Program-made: the position numbers and the translations under genes | Notes under the pieces: generated by a model | Database searches by the model: none | What the model was told of the DNA's origin: nothing | The model's input: the letters and a program-made list of their open reading frames with translations, nothing else | Shown here: one piece after another, positions 62,822 through 64,000 of the stretch | Numbering within the stretch: the first letter of the stretch is position 1 | Layout: each line of letters starts with the position of its first letter | NCBI GenBank assembly: GCA_964016885.1 | Contig: OZ024751.1 | Span: 43,710,001-43,774,000 of the forward strand | Length of the DNA stretch: 64,000 bases | Direction of reading: 5' to 3' | Source: Eledone cirrhosa | Taxonomy: Eukaryota

Positions 62822-64000
62822 TCTCTCTATATATATATGTGTGTGTATGTATATATACACACCCACGTAACTGTATCACACTTATGTATATCCATATATT
62901 CACTTATAACAGTGTGTGTGTATAGTATTAAAGAAATTACGGTCGATTAACTAAAAATCGACAAATGAGATATTTGTATATCATCTAAATAATACTAGTA
63001 ATAATATTAATGATAATTATTATTATAACCATCATAACAGCAACATAAATTATTCATTTCTTAACCACCCACACAATAAAATATATATAAATTTTAAAAT
63101 AAAAAGGAATAAACAAAAATAAAGAGGGTGGGTGTGTGTGTAGGGAGGGGGTAGACCGTTGCATACAAACATATATTTATTAATAAACATTTTGTTTAAA
63201 TGTTTATTATTTAACCATATTTCGTTGTTACAAATATCATAGATAACATTAAAAATATGGATTTTCAACAGTGAAATAACTAAATAGGTGAAGAGAGGGT
63301 GGAAGAGAGAGAGATATAGACCGCCCACCCCCACCGTTGTCATTACCACTGCCACCTTCTCCGTTTACCACATTTCTCCTCACCACTGCTTGTTATATAG
63401 ATTCATTAAGTCCTCTTAATTAACGACATCAAATGCCTAATTAAGTTAGATATTTCAAACAACTGTTGGTTAGTTAGGTTTACCGCTTGCCATTGATACT
63501 TGCACTTTAGCACCCCTCTCTCTCTCTCTTCTCTCTCAAGCCACTCAGTAGTAGAGGAGGGGTGGGTCTTGCTGTTTATCTACATACACACATATATACA
63601 TACATACATACATACATACATACATACATACAACATACGAAATTGAGAGAGCTTCTAGTCGATCAAATTGCTAGAAACAGCAGCTGAAATTATATTCCTA
63701 CGGTTTTTAAAGAACGAAGGACACAACGTATTGTGTAAATCATTGATAAACCAAAATGACGCGATGTTCACAGGTAGAGCGCCTAGGGTTATAGGTCTGC
63801 TCAATCAGGTGTCTAGGGTGCTTTAATGAACTTACACTCTCGTGATCTCAAACCCAACACCCAAGCCACTCGGTTACACATCTTCACATATGAAGCATCA
63901 TAGATAGGCATGAAGGTCACAGCATCATTTTCTTCACTCTATCTTATGAAAAAAAAAAACAATCTGGGTTTCATACTTGGGTTCAAACACAGTACGTGTA

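Overview
Eukaryotic (animal) genomic DNA, very rich in microsatellites, SINEs and LINE fragments. The repeat content suggests an octopus/coleoid cephalopod (inference). Spliced genes: DET1 (+, two coding exons, 22.4-kb intron, 556 aa), prefoldin subunit 1 PFDN1 (-, three shared exons plus two duplicated alternative terminal exons), a 94-aa single-exon Cys/His protein (+), ribosomal protein RPL17/uL22 (-, 5'TOP exon plus six coding exons, 186 aa), and the first coding exon of a probable MAP2K (MEK1/2-like) gene divergent from RPL17. Mobile DNA includes a decayed Buster-type hAT transposon, a related MITE, piggyBac- and mariner-type MITEs, CR1 and RTE LINE ends, and tRNA-derived SINEs. The most striking unannotated signal is a dispersed family of short fold-back elements embedded in (TA)n. 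They carry minimal type I hammerhead ribozyme motifs with covarying stems, often as inverted pairs, and are probably Penelope-like pLTR remnants. Also notable: the duplicated alternative last exons of PFDN1 and a 44-bp minisatellite that multiplies an RPL17 splice donor.
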